A stretch of 40,733 bases of DNA from assembly GCA_031835245.2 (NCBI GenBank), contig JAVKOQ020000063.1:186001-226733 (forward strand), in the 5' to 3' direction. Position numbers and translations under genes: made by a program. Positions 10,770-21,934 of this stretch are shown in pieces. How positions within the stretch are numbered: the first letter of the stretch is position 1; each line of letters opens with the position of its first letter. Origin of the DNA: Balamuthia mandrillaris. Lineage: Eukaryota. Under the pieces are notes generated by a model. That model ran no database searches. It worked only from the letters and a program-made list of their open reading frames with translations, and had not been told where the DNA came from.

Positions 10770-12155
10770 ATGGATAGCACTGCCGAAGCTTCTTCGGGGG
10801 GAGGGGGGCTCTCCTTCAACCAACTGTTGTTCCTGATGGCCGGCGGCGTGTTCGTCGCTCTAGTTCAAGGCACGCTGCGGCAGGCCCTCGACCTCCTCTG
10901 GCAACATGTCACCACCACGCTGGTGGTGAACAGCCAGGACGAGGCCTTCTTCTGGTTGATGGAGTGGCTGGCCCTCCATCCCTTCAACGACCGCGCTCTG
11001 CTCATGAGCCTGAGCTCCAAACGTCCGGCTAGATACCAAAGGGACATGGGAGTCCTCGCCAACTCTGTCACGGATGGAGAGGGTCTTAGCAGGGCGGAGA
11101 AAAGGGGGTGGAAAGTGAAGGTCACTCCTGGACCTGGCGGTCGCCACGTCTTCCTTCATAGAGGCACCCTTGCTTGGATGACCCTCTCCCTCCGTGACGT
11201 GACCAAGAGGGAAAGCTTCGGCGACTCCAGCGAAGTCCTGACGACCTTGAGCATAACCTGTCTGGGTCGGCGGCGAGCGCTGCTGCTCTCTATCGTGGAG
11301 GAGGCAAAGCGCCAGCACTTGCTCAAGAGTTTGGCGGAGGACAAGGTACTCATCTACGTACAGGTGGAGGTGTGGAGAGGCTGTTGGGGCAATGCCGTGC
11401 CCCGGTCCATTCGCAGCCTGGAGAGCTTGGTGCTTCATGAGGGTCTTGCCGAGAGGGCCATCGCGGACCTTCACCGCTTCTTCAGCTCAGAGGAGTGGTA
11501 CCTACAGCACGGCATACCCTATCGGAGGGGCTATCTCCTCTATGGCCCGCCGGGAACAGGTAAGAGCTCCTTTGTGCTGGCCATGGCCAGCTACTTTGGC
11601 AAGGACGTTTGCTATCTTTCGTTAAGGGATTGCCAGAACGACCATAACCTCAGCCAGTACTTCAACAATGTGCCGCCAAACTGCATCATTCTCATTGAGG
11701 ATATCGACTATGCCTTTCCCACTATTCGCAGTAAGGGCAAGGAAGGAGAAGAGTCAGAAAAAGGAGGAAGTGGTGATAAGGATGGAGGAGGTAAGTTGTC
11801 GTTGGCCGGTTTGTTGAACTGCATCGATGGTTTGGTAGCTCAGGAGGGAAGCATCTTGATGGTCACCACCAACAACCCTGAGAAGCTCTGTCCGGCCTTC
11901 ATGCGAGCTGGTCGCATGGACGTCAAGCTCGAGTTTGCCAACGCCACCAAGGATCAGGCCCGTCGCCTCTTCCTGTCCTTCTTCCCGGAGGAGGAAGACT
12001 TGGCAAAGGACTTTGCGGCGGCCATCCCCGAGAAGCACGTCGCCCCAGTGGAGCTCCAGGGATGGTTCTTGCGTCACCGAGACGACCCCGTTGGTGCAGT
12101 AGGTCAAGTGAAAGAGCTGCTTGCAGAGCTTGACTTGATGAAGCAGCAAAGTTGA
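10770..12155 (+). CDS. BCS1: BCS1-like mitochondrial AAA ATPase
   Basis: BCS1_N-like region, GIPYRRGYLLYGPPGTGKSS (Walker A), IILIEDID (Walker B), LAGLLNCIDG, TTNNPEKL..AFMRAGRMD. A short extra terminal exon near 12229-12284 is possible. Confidence 0.9.
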   Translation: MDSTAEASSGGGGLSFNQLLFLMAGGVFVALVQGTLRQALDLLWQHVTTTLVVNSQDEAFFWLMEWLALHPFNDRALLMSLSSKRPARYQRDMGVLANSVTDGEGLSRAEKRGWKVKVTPGPGGRHVFLHRGTLAWMTLSLRDVTKRESFGDSSEVLTTLSITCLGRRRALLLSIVEEAKRQHLLKSLAEDKVLIYVQVEVWRGCWGNAVPRSIRSLESLVLHEGLAERAIADLHRFFSSEEWYLQHGIPYRRGYLLYGPPGTGKSSFVLAMASYFGKDVCYLSLRDCQNDHNLSQYFNNVPPNCIILIEDIDYAFPTIRSKGKEGEESEKGGSGDKDGGGKLSLAGLLNCIDGLVAQEGSILMVTTNNPEKLCPAFMRAGRMDVKLEFANATKDQARRLFLSFFPEEEDLAKDFAAAIPEKHVAPVELQGWFLRHRDDPVGAVGQVKELLAELDLMKQQS

Positions 12156-12410
12156 AAGTACTTTCAACTTTGTGGTTTTGTAATTTTTATGTCCACTTCT
12201 GCTTACATAACAGCTCTTTCTCTTTCAGAGCATTACAGGCACGGAGAGAAGGCCTGGCAGCCGAATGTGCGGATTCATTGTTGAACCGACCGCGAGGAAC
12301 ACAACTTCTTACCTCCCATTTTAAAAGTTAGAATGTTACAAAATAAAAAAAAAAAGACTGTCTATAGCACATGATGAGGTTTTGTTATTGTTATAGCCAT
12401 AAATGTCTGT

Positions 12411-13930
12411 TCAGGAAGCAAAGGGATAGTCGGTGTATCCTTTCTCGCCACCGATGTAGAGGGTGGAGTAATCCACAGCGTTCAACGGCAAGCCCTTTTG
12501 GAAGCGATACGGCAGGTCCGGATTCGCGATGAATGGTTGTCCGAAGGAGACGGCATCGGCTTCACCGTTCTCCAAAGCTTTGCTTGCTGTTTCTTGCGTG
12601 TAGCCCACGTTTGCCACCAACTACGGGTATCGTTAAGATTTGCACAGAAAGAGAGATAGAACAAAGAGAAACGAGCGAAAGTAACGTACGGTGCCCTTGT
12701 AATGGGGACGCAGCTCCTTGACAGGCACGGGGACAGCTCCAAACTTGATGTCCATGGGAGAAGGTTCCATTACTGCAACATACGCTAGATCTGCTTTGCT
12801 TAATTCTTTCAGCTTGTTTTTCAAAAAAGGTTACGTTAGTAGAAGAAGAAGAAGAGGAAGAAGAAGAGGAAGAAGAAGAAGGAGAAGAAGAAGAAGAAGA
12901 AGAAGAAGAAGAAGAAGAAGAACAAGAAGAACAAGAAGAAGAAGAAGAACAAGAAGAAGAAGAAGAAGAAGAAGAAGAACAAGAAGAAGAAGAAGAAGAA
13001 CAAAAAGAAGAAGAAGAAGAAGAAGAGAAGAAGAAGAAGAAGAAGAGAAGAAGAAGAAGAAGAAGAAGAAGAACAAGAAGAACAAGAAGAACAAGAACAA
13101 GAACAAGTACGAAAGTTTTACCAAGTGTACATTTAACGCCAATCGGTCACTATCTTTCATATCGTTATAGGTGTTGGAAGGAGACAACTTGAGCCCCACC
13201 CTGTCCGAGCCCCATACGGAACTTACGGCCTCAATAACCTCCAGCAGGAAGCGGCATCGATTCTGGATGCTGCCGCCATATGCATCCTTTCTTTGGTTGG
13301 AGCCGTCATGCAAGAACTGCGCCGGAAGATAGCCATACGCTCCATGCACCTCTTTATTGGTAGCAAAAAATAAGATGGAGGAAAAAGGGATAAAGGAAGA
13401 AAGAACAGAGGCAAAAAGAAAGAGGAAGCAAAACAAACCAACGCCATCAAAACCAGCTTCTTTGGCATTTTTAGCGGCCTTCTTCCACGTTTGGATGTTC
13501 TCATGGATGTCCTGCTCTGTCATTTCTTTGGGTGTAACATAGGGGGAGTCCACCGGGCCGTTCTCTCTCCAGATCCTACCTCCGGTTGCTGCTATCGCGG
13601 AAGGACCTGTTTGCGAGAAAACAGAACCAAAAAGATGAGATGAGAAGAAATAAACAACAAAAAGACAGTGAAATGCAACATAAACATAAAACAAACCACA
13701 GAAGCACAAAAAGCAACACAGAGAAAAACGAGTATGGCCAAACGACATTACCAATGGGGCTCTTGCCGCCTTGTTCGGAAGGGTGAGTGAGTCGACCCAC
13801 GTGCCACAGCTGACAAACCATGAGACCGTCCTTTTTGTGAACAGCATCTAACACTTTTTTCCTTTTGTTTATGAATAACAACAACAAACGATCTTAGAAA
13901 CTGTCGAGCGAGGGAGGAGGAGAGCGAGAG

Positions 13931-13975
<45 letters not shown>

Positions 13976-14052
13976 AGGTGGAGAGAGAGAGAGAGAGAGA
14001 GAGAGAGGCAGAAGAACAAGAAGCAGAAAGAGGAAAGTGAGAAGGGCAGTGT

Positions 14053-14083
<31 letters not shown>

Positions 14084-14446
14084 AAAGAGAAGAAGAAGCG
14101 AGAAAGATAATGAAGGAGCGACAAGAAAGAAACAAAAGACAGGAAAGAAAGCAACGACAAGAAAAGCCACTCACCATCCTTTCACCTGCTCTTCACTGTA
14201 AATACCAGGCACTTGCGGCCACTCCGTTCCCTGCGGACAGATAAACGTGCCCTCCGAGATGATCAACCCGGCCGAGGCCCTCTGTTGGTAGTAGGTCTGC
14301 TGGAGGGGGCCAGGGACGACCCCCCTGTTGCGCGTCATGGGGCTCATCCACACCCTGTTCTTGGCGGTGAGAGCGCCAAACTTGAGCGGCGAGAACAGCG
14401 TCCTTTTGCCAGCTTGAGAGGCAGACGAGGCAGCGGCTTGTTTCAT
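12411..14446 (-). CDS. Old Yellow Enzyme family NADH:flavin oxidoreductase (6 exons)
   Basis: LFSPLKFG..TAKNRVWMSPMTRNR, YYQQRASAGLIISEGT, QLWHVGR, AKEAGFDGVEVHGAYGYL, D.YGGSIQNRCRF, FIANPDLP, GYTDYP. Confidence 0.95.
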
Positions 14447-14875
14447 CGTGTGGAAGTCCCAACGGTGTTTGTTTCAGTGTTGGGTTGGCTTGGAGAAGGT
14501 CGAAAGGAAGAGAACCTTTTTTTTTTAAGATTTTATTTTGGTACTCTAAGCTTCTTCTCTTCCCGAAGCGTCGCGTGGTCGGGAAGTTTAACAGATTTAC
14601 CGTTCCGCTATTGGTTTTTTTATTCCCGAAATTACGTCATCAATAGCATGACCTAAGATCACATCGAACTATTAGCAAATCATCTATTAGGTTGGCGGTC
14701 CACTTGCACCCTGACAGAAAAGGATAATTAACAGCAGCGATCTTTTTTCTCTGATTTTTGATAGGGCGATAAAACGATCTTCACCGAATAAGAAATAATT
14801 GGAATAATCAAAAGAAATAAAAGAAAAGAAAAGAAAAAAATTAATAAATAAAAAGAAAAAAAAGAACACACACAA

Positions 14876-15502
14876 ATGGGCGTAGTCGGTGCGGTCGCTT
14901 TGGGCGTGCCTCTGCTGTTGGTGACCGGCCTTCTCCTCAGCGTGCATCAGGTGGAGGAAGGGCACGTGGGGCTCTACTTTCGCGGCGGCGCGCTGCTCAA
15001 CACCATGGCCGAGCCCGGCTACCACTTCATGCTGCCCTTCGTAACGCGGATGGCCAACGTGCAGATCACGCTGCAGACCGACACCGTGGTCGACATTCCC
15101 TGCGGCACTTCCGGTGGTGTGATGATCTACTTTGGTACCGATTCTGCTTTTTCCTCCTCCCTCTCGACACATAATCTTTAATCTAACTAATCAAAAAATA
15201 AAAACAAAAGATAAGATTGAAGTGGTAAACCAACTGCGAAAGGAGTCAGTGCACAGCACCGTCAAGAGCTATGGCGTCAACTACGACAAGACCTGGATTT
15301 TTGACAAGGTGACAAACTTTGGTTCTTGTTGTGTTTATTTTTATTGTTGTTGTTGGTCGGCTGCCCCTTGTCCTTGTCCTTGTCCTTGTCCTTGTCCTTG
15401 TCCTTGTCCTTGTCCTTGTCCTTGTCCTTGTCCTTGTCCTTGTCCTTGTCCTTGTCCTTGTCCTTGTCCTTGTCCTTGATCTTCTTTGTTCTTCTTCTTC
15501 TT

Positions 15503-15534
<32 letters not shown>

Positions 15535-16692
15535 GGTTTTTCACCATCCATGTATAAATAGATTCATCATGAGATCAACCAGTTTTGCAGCGGCCACTCT
15601 TTGCAAGAGGTCTACATCGATAAGTTTGATACGTTGGATGAATCCCTTGCCACCTCCCTTCAAGAGTCGTGCAACAAATACAATACCGGTTCTCTTTCCT
15701 CTCTCCTTTCTTTTCTCTTCAATTCTTTCCCTTCTCTCGTCCGCTTGTCCTCTCTTCTGTTCTCTCTCCTGTTTTTTCTTTAGCTTTTTGGTTCTCCTTC
15801 TTACCGTAAATATTGCTGTATTACCTATAGGTATTGAGATTGTGGCCATCCGTGTCACGAAGCCACGCATTCCTCCCAACGTGCGTAAGAACTACGAAGA
15901 AGTCGCTGAACAAGAAACCAAGTATTTTTTTCTCTCTTTTTGTGTTTTGGGCCTCGTCGCGACTTGACGCTCTCACTCTTCAAAGGTTGCGAGTGGCCAA
16001 ACAGAACCAATTGGTGATATTGAAGGAGGAAGAGACTTCGCGTTTGAAAGAAACAATTCAAGCCGAGAAAGCCGCTTCTATTTCGTTGATCCAAGCGCAA
16101 AGCCAAGCTGCTCTTGCTGCCATCGCTGCTGAAAAGGTTTGTCATTTTAGAAAACACCGACTGAAGATTTCGTAGTCCCATCCATCTGACTGCTTTGTGT
16201 TCTTTTCTTTTTCTTCGAATGCAGGAAGCGAACGTTTCTCTCATTAATGTACAAAAGGAAATAAAAGAGAAGCAAGGCGAAGCCAAAAAACAAGAGATCG
16301 AAAATGTATGTCTTCCTTTTTCTTTTTGTGTTTCTTAAAATGTTATGCTCTGGACTTGTGTTTTTCTCTTTCGTCGTTTCTCTTTCTCTTCTAGTTCTCA
16401 TTCTCTGCTTATTCTTGTTCTTGTTCTTGTTCTTGTACTTCTGCTGTAGGAAATGCACTTGGCAAAGCAAAAGGCCTTGGCGGAGGCTGCTTTCTACTCC
16501 ATGAAGATGGAGGCCGAGGCCAACGCCCTAAGACTAACACCCGAGTACTTAAAGCTGGTGCTCTTCCAAAGCCTGGCCAACAACACCAAGATCTACTATG
16601 GCGAGAAGATACCAAACATCTTTACGGACTGGATGAGAGGAGGGGCTGGCATTGAACAAGACCTCTTTTTGCAAGCTGGCTCTAAGAAATAA
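14876..16692 (+). CDS. ERLIN: Erlin (SPFH domain ER lipid-raft protein), 7 exons
   Basis: [93 protein letters not shown]. Confidence 0.95.
15366..15531. repeat. Intronic (CCTTGT)n hexamer array followed by (TTC)n
   Basis: Visible directly, inside erlin intron 2. Confidence 0.95.
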
Positions 16693-16785
16693 CAAGTAAA
16701 CTGTTTTGTTTGTTGTTCACTTTGTTACGAGAAGAGAGAGATGCGGAAAAAGAGAAAGAGAAAGAGAAAGAGAAAGAGAAAGAGA

Positions 16786-16833
<48 letters not shown>

Positions 16834-17018
16834 AGACAACTTAAGAAGAGAGAATGAGAGGAAGGGAGCGCTTTGCTTCTATGAAAGGTCATTGGGTGGT
16901 GCCAACGGGAATGGGTATCCTTGAGCAGAGATCTGTCTTTCGTGGCGTAGAAGAAGAGTAAAACCTGAACTGGCAAACATTGGATATCGTTGAAACAAAC
17001 CTATAGAAAGTATTTTTC

Positions 17019-18508
17019 TTAGAGAAGAAACGGGACGAGAGCGGAGCGTTGCAGCAAAACATAGTCTTCGAACTTGCTGAGGTACCAAGCATGTGTTCTG
17101 ATGGCGCTGTGTATAAGGTTCAGTGCCACGAAAGCCAGTACAAACCTAAGGTTGAGTTTTTTTTGGTTTCGTTTGGTTAAGCCTTTGTTTTTGGTAATAG
17201 AGAAAGTACACGCACAAGAATGAATAGTTGATGGGAGGCGCAGACAAGAGCGTTAAACACATGAGAGCAGCGTATAGAATGATCTCTCCCAAGTAATGGG
17301 GACACGACACCCACCGAAACATGCCACCATGTGGAATATTGTAGTTGGCATCTTGCGTTGTTGAAGCGGTGGTTCTATTCTTTGTCATTTTCTTGGTACT
17401 GTTGTGGCGTAAAGAGGCCAATATGCGATGCGAGTGAAGTTGAAGCACGCTGTAGACGATGAGCGCGAGGAGTAAGAGAACAGAGAATAGAGGAGAAAGC
17501 AGACGTGTTAGAAAGAGGATAGTAAGACAGAATACTTTAAAAACAACAAAAGAAAAGAGATGAGAACCTGCCAAAGCAAAACAAAAAGATAGCAACTAAG
17601 AAGGCAGCTGATGGCAGCGATTCAGGGTGGTGGTAATCGTAGCTTTCCACGAAACTAAGAGGCACCATGAAGTAGTACGAAAGCCCTTTATGTGGTGTTG
17701 TTGTTGTTGTTGTTGATCCTCCGTCAGAAAGAGAGGAGAAGGGAAGCAAGGACAAAGAGAGAGAAGCCGAGAGCAGAGAGAAGAAAGAGAACGAGAACGA
17801 GACAAGCGATTCGTCACTGCCGAGTGCAGAGGGACGAGCTCAAGAGAAGCAGACAAGCAGTGAAAGAGAGCAAAGAGCAGAGAGAGAGAGAAAGCACCGG
17901 CAACAAAGTTTAAAAGCGTCATGTACCGATGGGAAAAGGCATGCACAAACAGGCATTCGAAAATCCGTTTGATCAGGTGCAGGCCGAACAACGCGCCGAT
18001 CAACCAACGATACCTTTGTATTTTTTTTTTTTTGTGTAGAAGTAAAAAAGAAAAAAGGGGAAGAAGAGAAACGAGATGAGAAGAAGAGAAGCAAGCAGGA
18101 CAGTAGATTTTTTAAAAAAACGAACCGAAAGTTTGGCTCATCCCAACTGAGCCGATAGAAGAACGCCCAATGGCAGAGCAGGTTCCATAGGAAGCCAAAA
18201 ACGTAGAAGCTGGTCCAGCCGAGCTTGTGCGTGACAACAGGAGCGCGCAGCAAGGCGAAGAGTCGAGCGGAGGCGGACGAGCGAGTAGCAGCGGTGCCGG
18301 CGGTTTTAGCGAGCTTGCCGTAGGAGGTCAACGCGTCGACTTTGGGGGACCAGAACTTCAGGCAGTAGAAGAGGCACGCCGCGACCCAGTAACACCGCAC
18401 GAACGGAACCAGAAGAGGAAGGAGAAATTGCCCACCCATCGGCTCTTCTTCCATCTCTTTTGTTTTTTCTTTCTTTGCTTCCTCTCTCAAGTCCTCTCTC
18501 GTGTCCAT
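17019..18508 (-). CDS. SRD5A3: Polyprenol reductase / steroid 5-alpha-reductase family (SRD5A3/DFG10-like), multi-exon
   Basis: SYGKL, LHLIKRIFECLFVHAFS, GLSYY, Q..SHRILASLR, YNIPHGGMFRWVSCPHYLGEIILY. Last exon NLIHSAIRTHAWYLSKFEDY...ALVPFLL*. Confidence 0.85.
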
Positions 18509-18574
18509 CTGATGAACTCATGTCCTCTCTCGTATCCTTATCTGTAGCTCACGCCCTCGCTCGAGTCTTTGAGG

Positions 18575-18724
18575 TTTTTGCGGACATGATGACGTGTTAA
18601 CATTAAGTCTACAAAAACTGAGCTCTCTCCGATTCCTGAAAGTTCTTATCTCACGTCCTTGCTCCAGTCCTGAAATTTTTGCGGACGTGATGACGTGTAC
18701 CTGCAAATTAATTGTCTACAAAAA
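18575..18724. promoter_or_regulatory. Two copies of a ~45-bp element with GATGACGTGT core in a bidirectional promoter
   Basis: TTTTTGCGGACRTGATGACGTGT...TTAA..GTCTACAAAAA at 18575-18617 and 18676-18724. Confidence 0.55.
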
Positions 18725-18766
18725 TTAGAAGCAAAGAAAGAAAAGAAAAGCTCCACAAGAAAGGAG

Positions 18767-19431
18767 ATGGCACAACGGCGGCTGCTTTGCTTGTGGGGGT
18801 TGGTGGTGGTGGTGGTGGCCTGTGTCGCGTTGGTGCAAGGGGACGTGTGGGCCAAATGGGGAGACAGAGCGCATCTCATATGCACCACCATGCTCAACAA
18901 AAAGAGCAGCACTCCCTCCTACGCCATGTGCGACAACCTGCAGGACGTGGTGGAGGAGGCCATCGCCGACCTGACCTACAAGATGTCCTCGGCCCTGAAC
19001 CTCGACTTCACCACCTTCCGTGATGACATGGTCAGCCGTGCTTCCAAGTCACCTTATCGCGCTACAGGTTTTTTATTCCTTACTTTCGCAAAAATAAAAA
19101 TTTGGGCAGACTAATCTCTCTTTGATTGATGAACCAACAACCAACAACAGGAGAAAGGATCATCAAAGGAACGGTGAAGTGGGTCGTGGAGAACAACATA
19201 AAGTCAGAGAAAGAGATCAGGGACCATTTCCACACCAAGTTCGCGCAGTGGATCATGGACATGGCCGTCGACAACAAGTCCGCCAAGCAGATGCCGCCCA
19301 TCCCGACGGACAACTCGGAGGTGGTGGAGCAGCTGCGAGCCATGGGCGTGGACATACCGGAGCAAGAAGAAGAAGGGGCCGCTGAGGAAGAGGGGGATGA
19401 GGAGGACTTTTGGACCAACGTGGACGTCTAA
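18767..19431 (+). CDS. Small secreted/ER protein of unknown function with acidic C-terminus; intron 19068-19150
   Basis: Signal peptide MAQRRLLCLWGLVVVVVACVALVQG, GC3-rich codons, phase-1 intron joins RATG|ERIIKG. Confidence 0.75.
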
Positions 19432-19534
19432 AAGGGGTGGAGGCTTTACTTATGGTTTTTGAATACAAAGAGGAAATGTATATGACAATATGGTTTCTTG
19501 CGGTTGGGTGGCTCGTTCGGGGTTGGTTGTTGTG

Positions 19535-21469
19535 TTAGAGGTTGAGCACCATCTGGCAGTACTCTTCCATCAGCACCACCCCATCCCCATCCGAGTCCAA
19601 GATGTTGAAGTGCCTTTCGCTCTCTGCAACGTGAGGAGAAATAAGCAAAGAAGCAGAGGAGGTGAAGACTGGCAGGAGAGAAAGGCATACGAACCATCCA
19701 ACGAAAGCCACTTGCCAGGACCCAACCTGTACTCCAACAAGGTGAGCTGGTAGTCCCTCTCGCTGTCCAGCCTCCTGAACTTCCTGATGCAGTCCTCGTA
19801 GGGATTCTCTCCGCCAGCTGCCTGGCACAACACCTCTCCATTCTCAAACTGGAGGCCACCCACGCACTGGTCGCACGGGTTGAGGATGCTGGGGTCCTTG
19901 GGCATGCAGATGCCTTTGGAGGCGCACCATCCGCAGCGGTCATCCGCAATGCAGCCACTGCAGTCCAGCGTGGTGCAATCGGTCACTGTTTGTTTGTGTG
20001 CAAGGTCGGTGAGATGAAGCGGTCAAGCTGGAATGAAGTTCGATGCAAGAGAGCAAACCTTCGCCAACACGGAAGCAACCCAAACCATAGTTGCTGCCGG
20101 CCAAGGTGGCGTTGATGCAGGCTTGCAGTCCGCTCTGGGAGATGATGAGATTATGGAGGGAGAAGCACGGGGAGTAGGTGAAGGAACGACCGAGGATCGG
20201 AGGGCAGATGGTGACGGTGCCAGTGGCCTCGTCGAAAGAGATGGGAGAGATGGTGGCAATGCCATCCAGCTTGGAGTAGCAACGCACTTGTTTCAAGGCG
20301 TCTGACGAAGGTTGAGGTTAGGTTGTGTGAGGCGCAGGGCAAGACAAAGGCACGAGCAGAACAGAAACAAGAGGAGAAACGAACCGATGGCAGCAAACGC
20401 CACTTGAAGAGGACCATAAGGGAGGTCACGAAGGGACGCAGTGATGATGACCCTATCAGCGTACAACAATTCGATACGAGGATCCTATTATCAGGTTGAA
20501 TGCAGGTCATTCATTTGTTTCAAATGAGATGGAGAGAGAGAGAGGTAAAGTAGTTGTGACGGCGTGCTACCATTTCGCAGAGGTCAACTTTCATCTTGAG
20601 GCAAGCATCGCCAAAGATGTCCAGTGCTCCTGGGAAAGATGGAAAGGACGAAACGTCTGGAGTATCAACCTGCATAATGGTGAGAGAAAAAAAAAATGGT
20701 GAGCAGAGAAACATAATAAAACAGGTGACGCAATAGGTACCGAAGCTTGGCCCCACGTAAGGTCGATGGTCTGAGTTCCCAAAGCCCCAAACAAAGTGTT
20801 GTATGGCACGTTAATGTCCACGCTGTCCGGCGTGCATATGTCTCGTTTCTTGCGGAGCGCGGAGGAGTCGTTCGTCCCTTCTCTTTTCCATGGCTCATCA
20901 GGCAGGTCTGGGAAATCAGGAATGTCAAAGCACTCATGGAAAGGTACGTCCACATCGATGGAATAGTCTCCTTCCTTGCTCAGTGCTGCAAAATCCACCT
21001 CATATTGTAACTCAGCTAATATAGAGAAGGTGTTATAGTATTTTTTTTTTTTACGTTAACCACAAACAATGAAGAGAATGGGAGAGAGAGAATAGTACCT
21101 GCAAACTCAGCAAGCCTGAAGACGGTTCCTACAGGATTGAAGCAAGCTGTTTTTTTTTTTAAAAAGTGTTAAAGGAAGAAGAAAATGGTCGAGGACTAAA
21201 GAAACCCAGTCAGTACCAGCACAAGCGTAGGAAAGGCGTCCTTCCTCGTCGACTTCAGGTCCACACCAGGTGTTGGCAGTCTCCCACTCCGCGCTGGCTT
21301 GTCTCCTGTGAAAGACCGACCAGCCTTGGCCTTGCTTCCGCAGCTCGTACTCCGCGCCAGGGGAGTCGGAGAACTTGTTGTTGATCGGCTTGCCGGCCAC
21401 GAGCAAGCTTGCCGACAGGACCAGCAGTAGCACAAAGGAGAGGCCGGTAGTAACGTTCGAACTTGGCAT
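19535..21469 (-). CDS. Secreted Cys-rich protein 'A1' (beta domain + PSI + EF-hand pair), multi-exon
   Basis: Signal peptide; DCSGCIADDRCGWCASKGIC (PSI); EF loop DSDGDGVVLMEE; paralog at 24110-25949. Confidence 0.8.
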
Positions 21470-21934
21470 GGGGAGCTGTTGCTTTGTAACTTTGTTACTG
21501 TTATTGGAGATTGTAAAGGAAACTCAAATTTTTTTTGTTTGCTTTATTCTTTTGAAACGTCCGGTGGTCTTTCTTTTTCGTTGCCAGATAGGTAAACGAG
21601 TGCTTTGTTTGGTTATTCTACGCAATAAAGATATATTGCTTGGTTTTACCAAAATTCAAACTTTTAGATGACATTAATACAGCCAACCAATGAGATGGGA
21701 TTACTAAATGAATTGTTCCTTATGATTGGTTGGATGATGTTTCAAAATGAAGACTCTTATAGACACTTTAGCACAGCTGAGCATTATTTTCGCAAAAAGT
21801 CAGCTGCAACGCAATACAAGGAGGGTAGCCCAAAAGAAAGGTTACAAAGTTAAAAAAAAAAGGAATACTTACCCTAAAAACTTCTTCTTCAAGATAAGAC
21901 TAATTCACAAACGCGAAAAGAAGAGGCAAGCAAT

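Noticed and set aside
18586..18675. Box C/D snoRNA (RTGATGA ... CTGA)
   Set aside because: Spacing and terminal stem do not fit; the motif is better explained as part of the duplicated promoter element.
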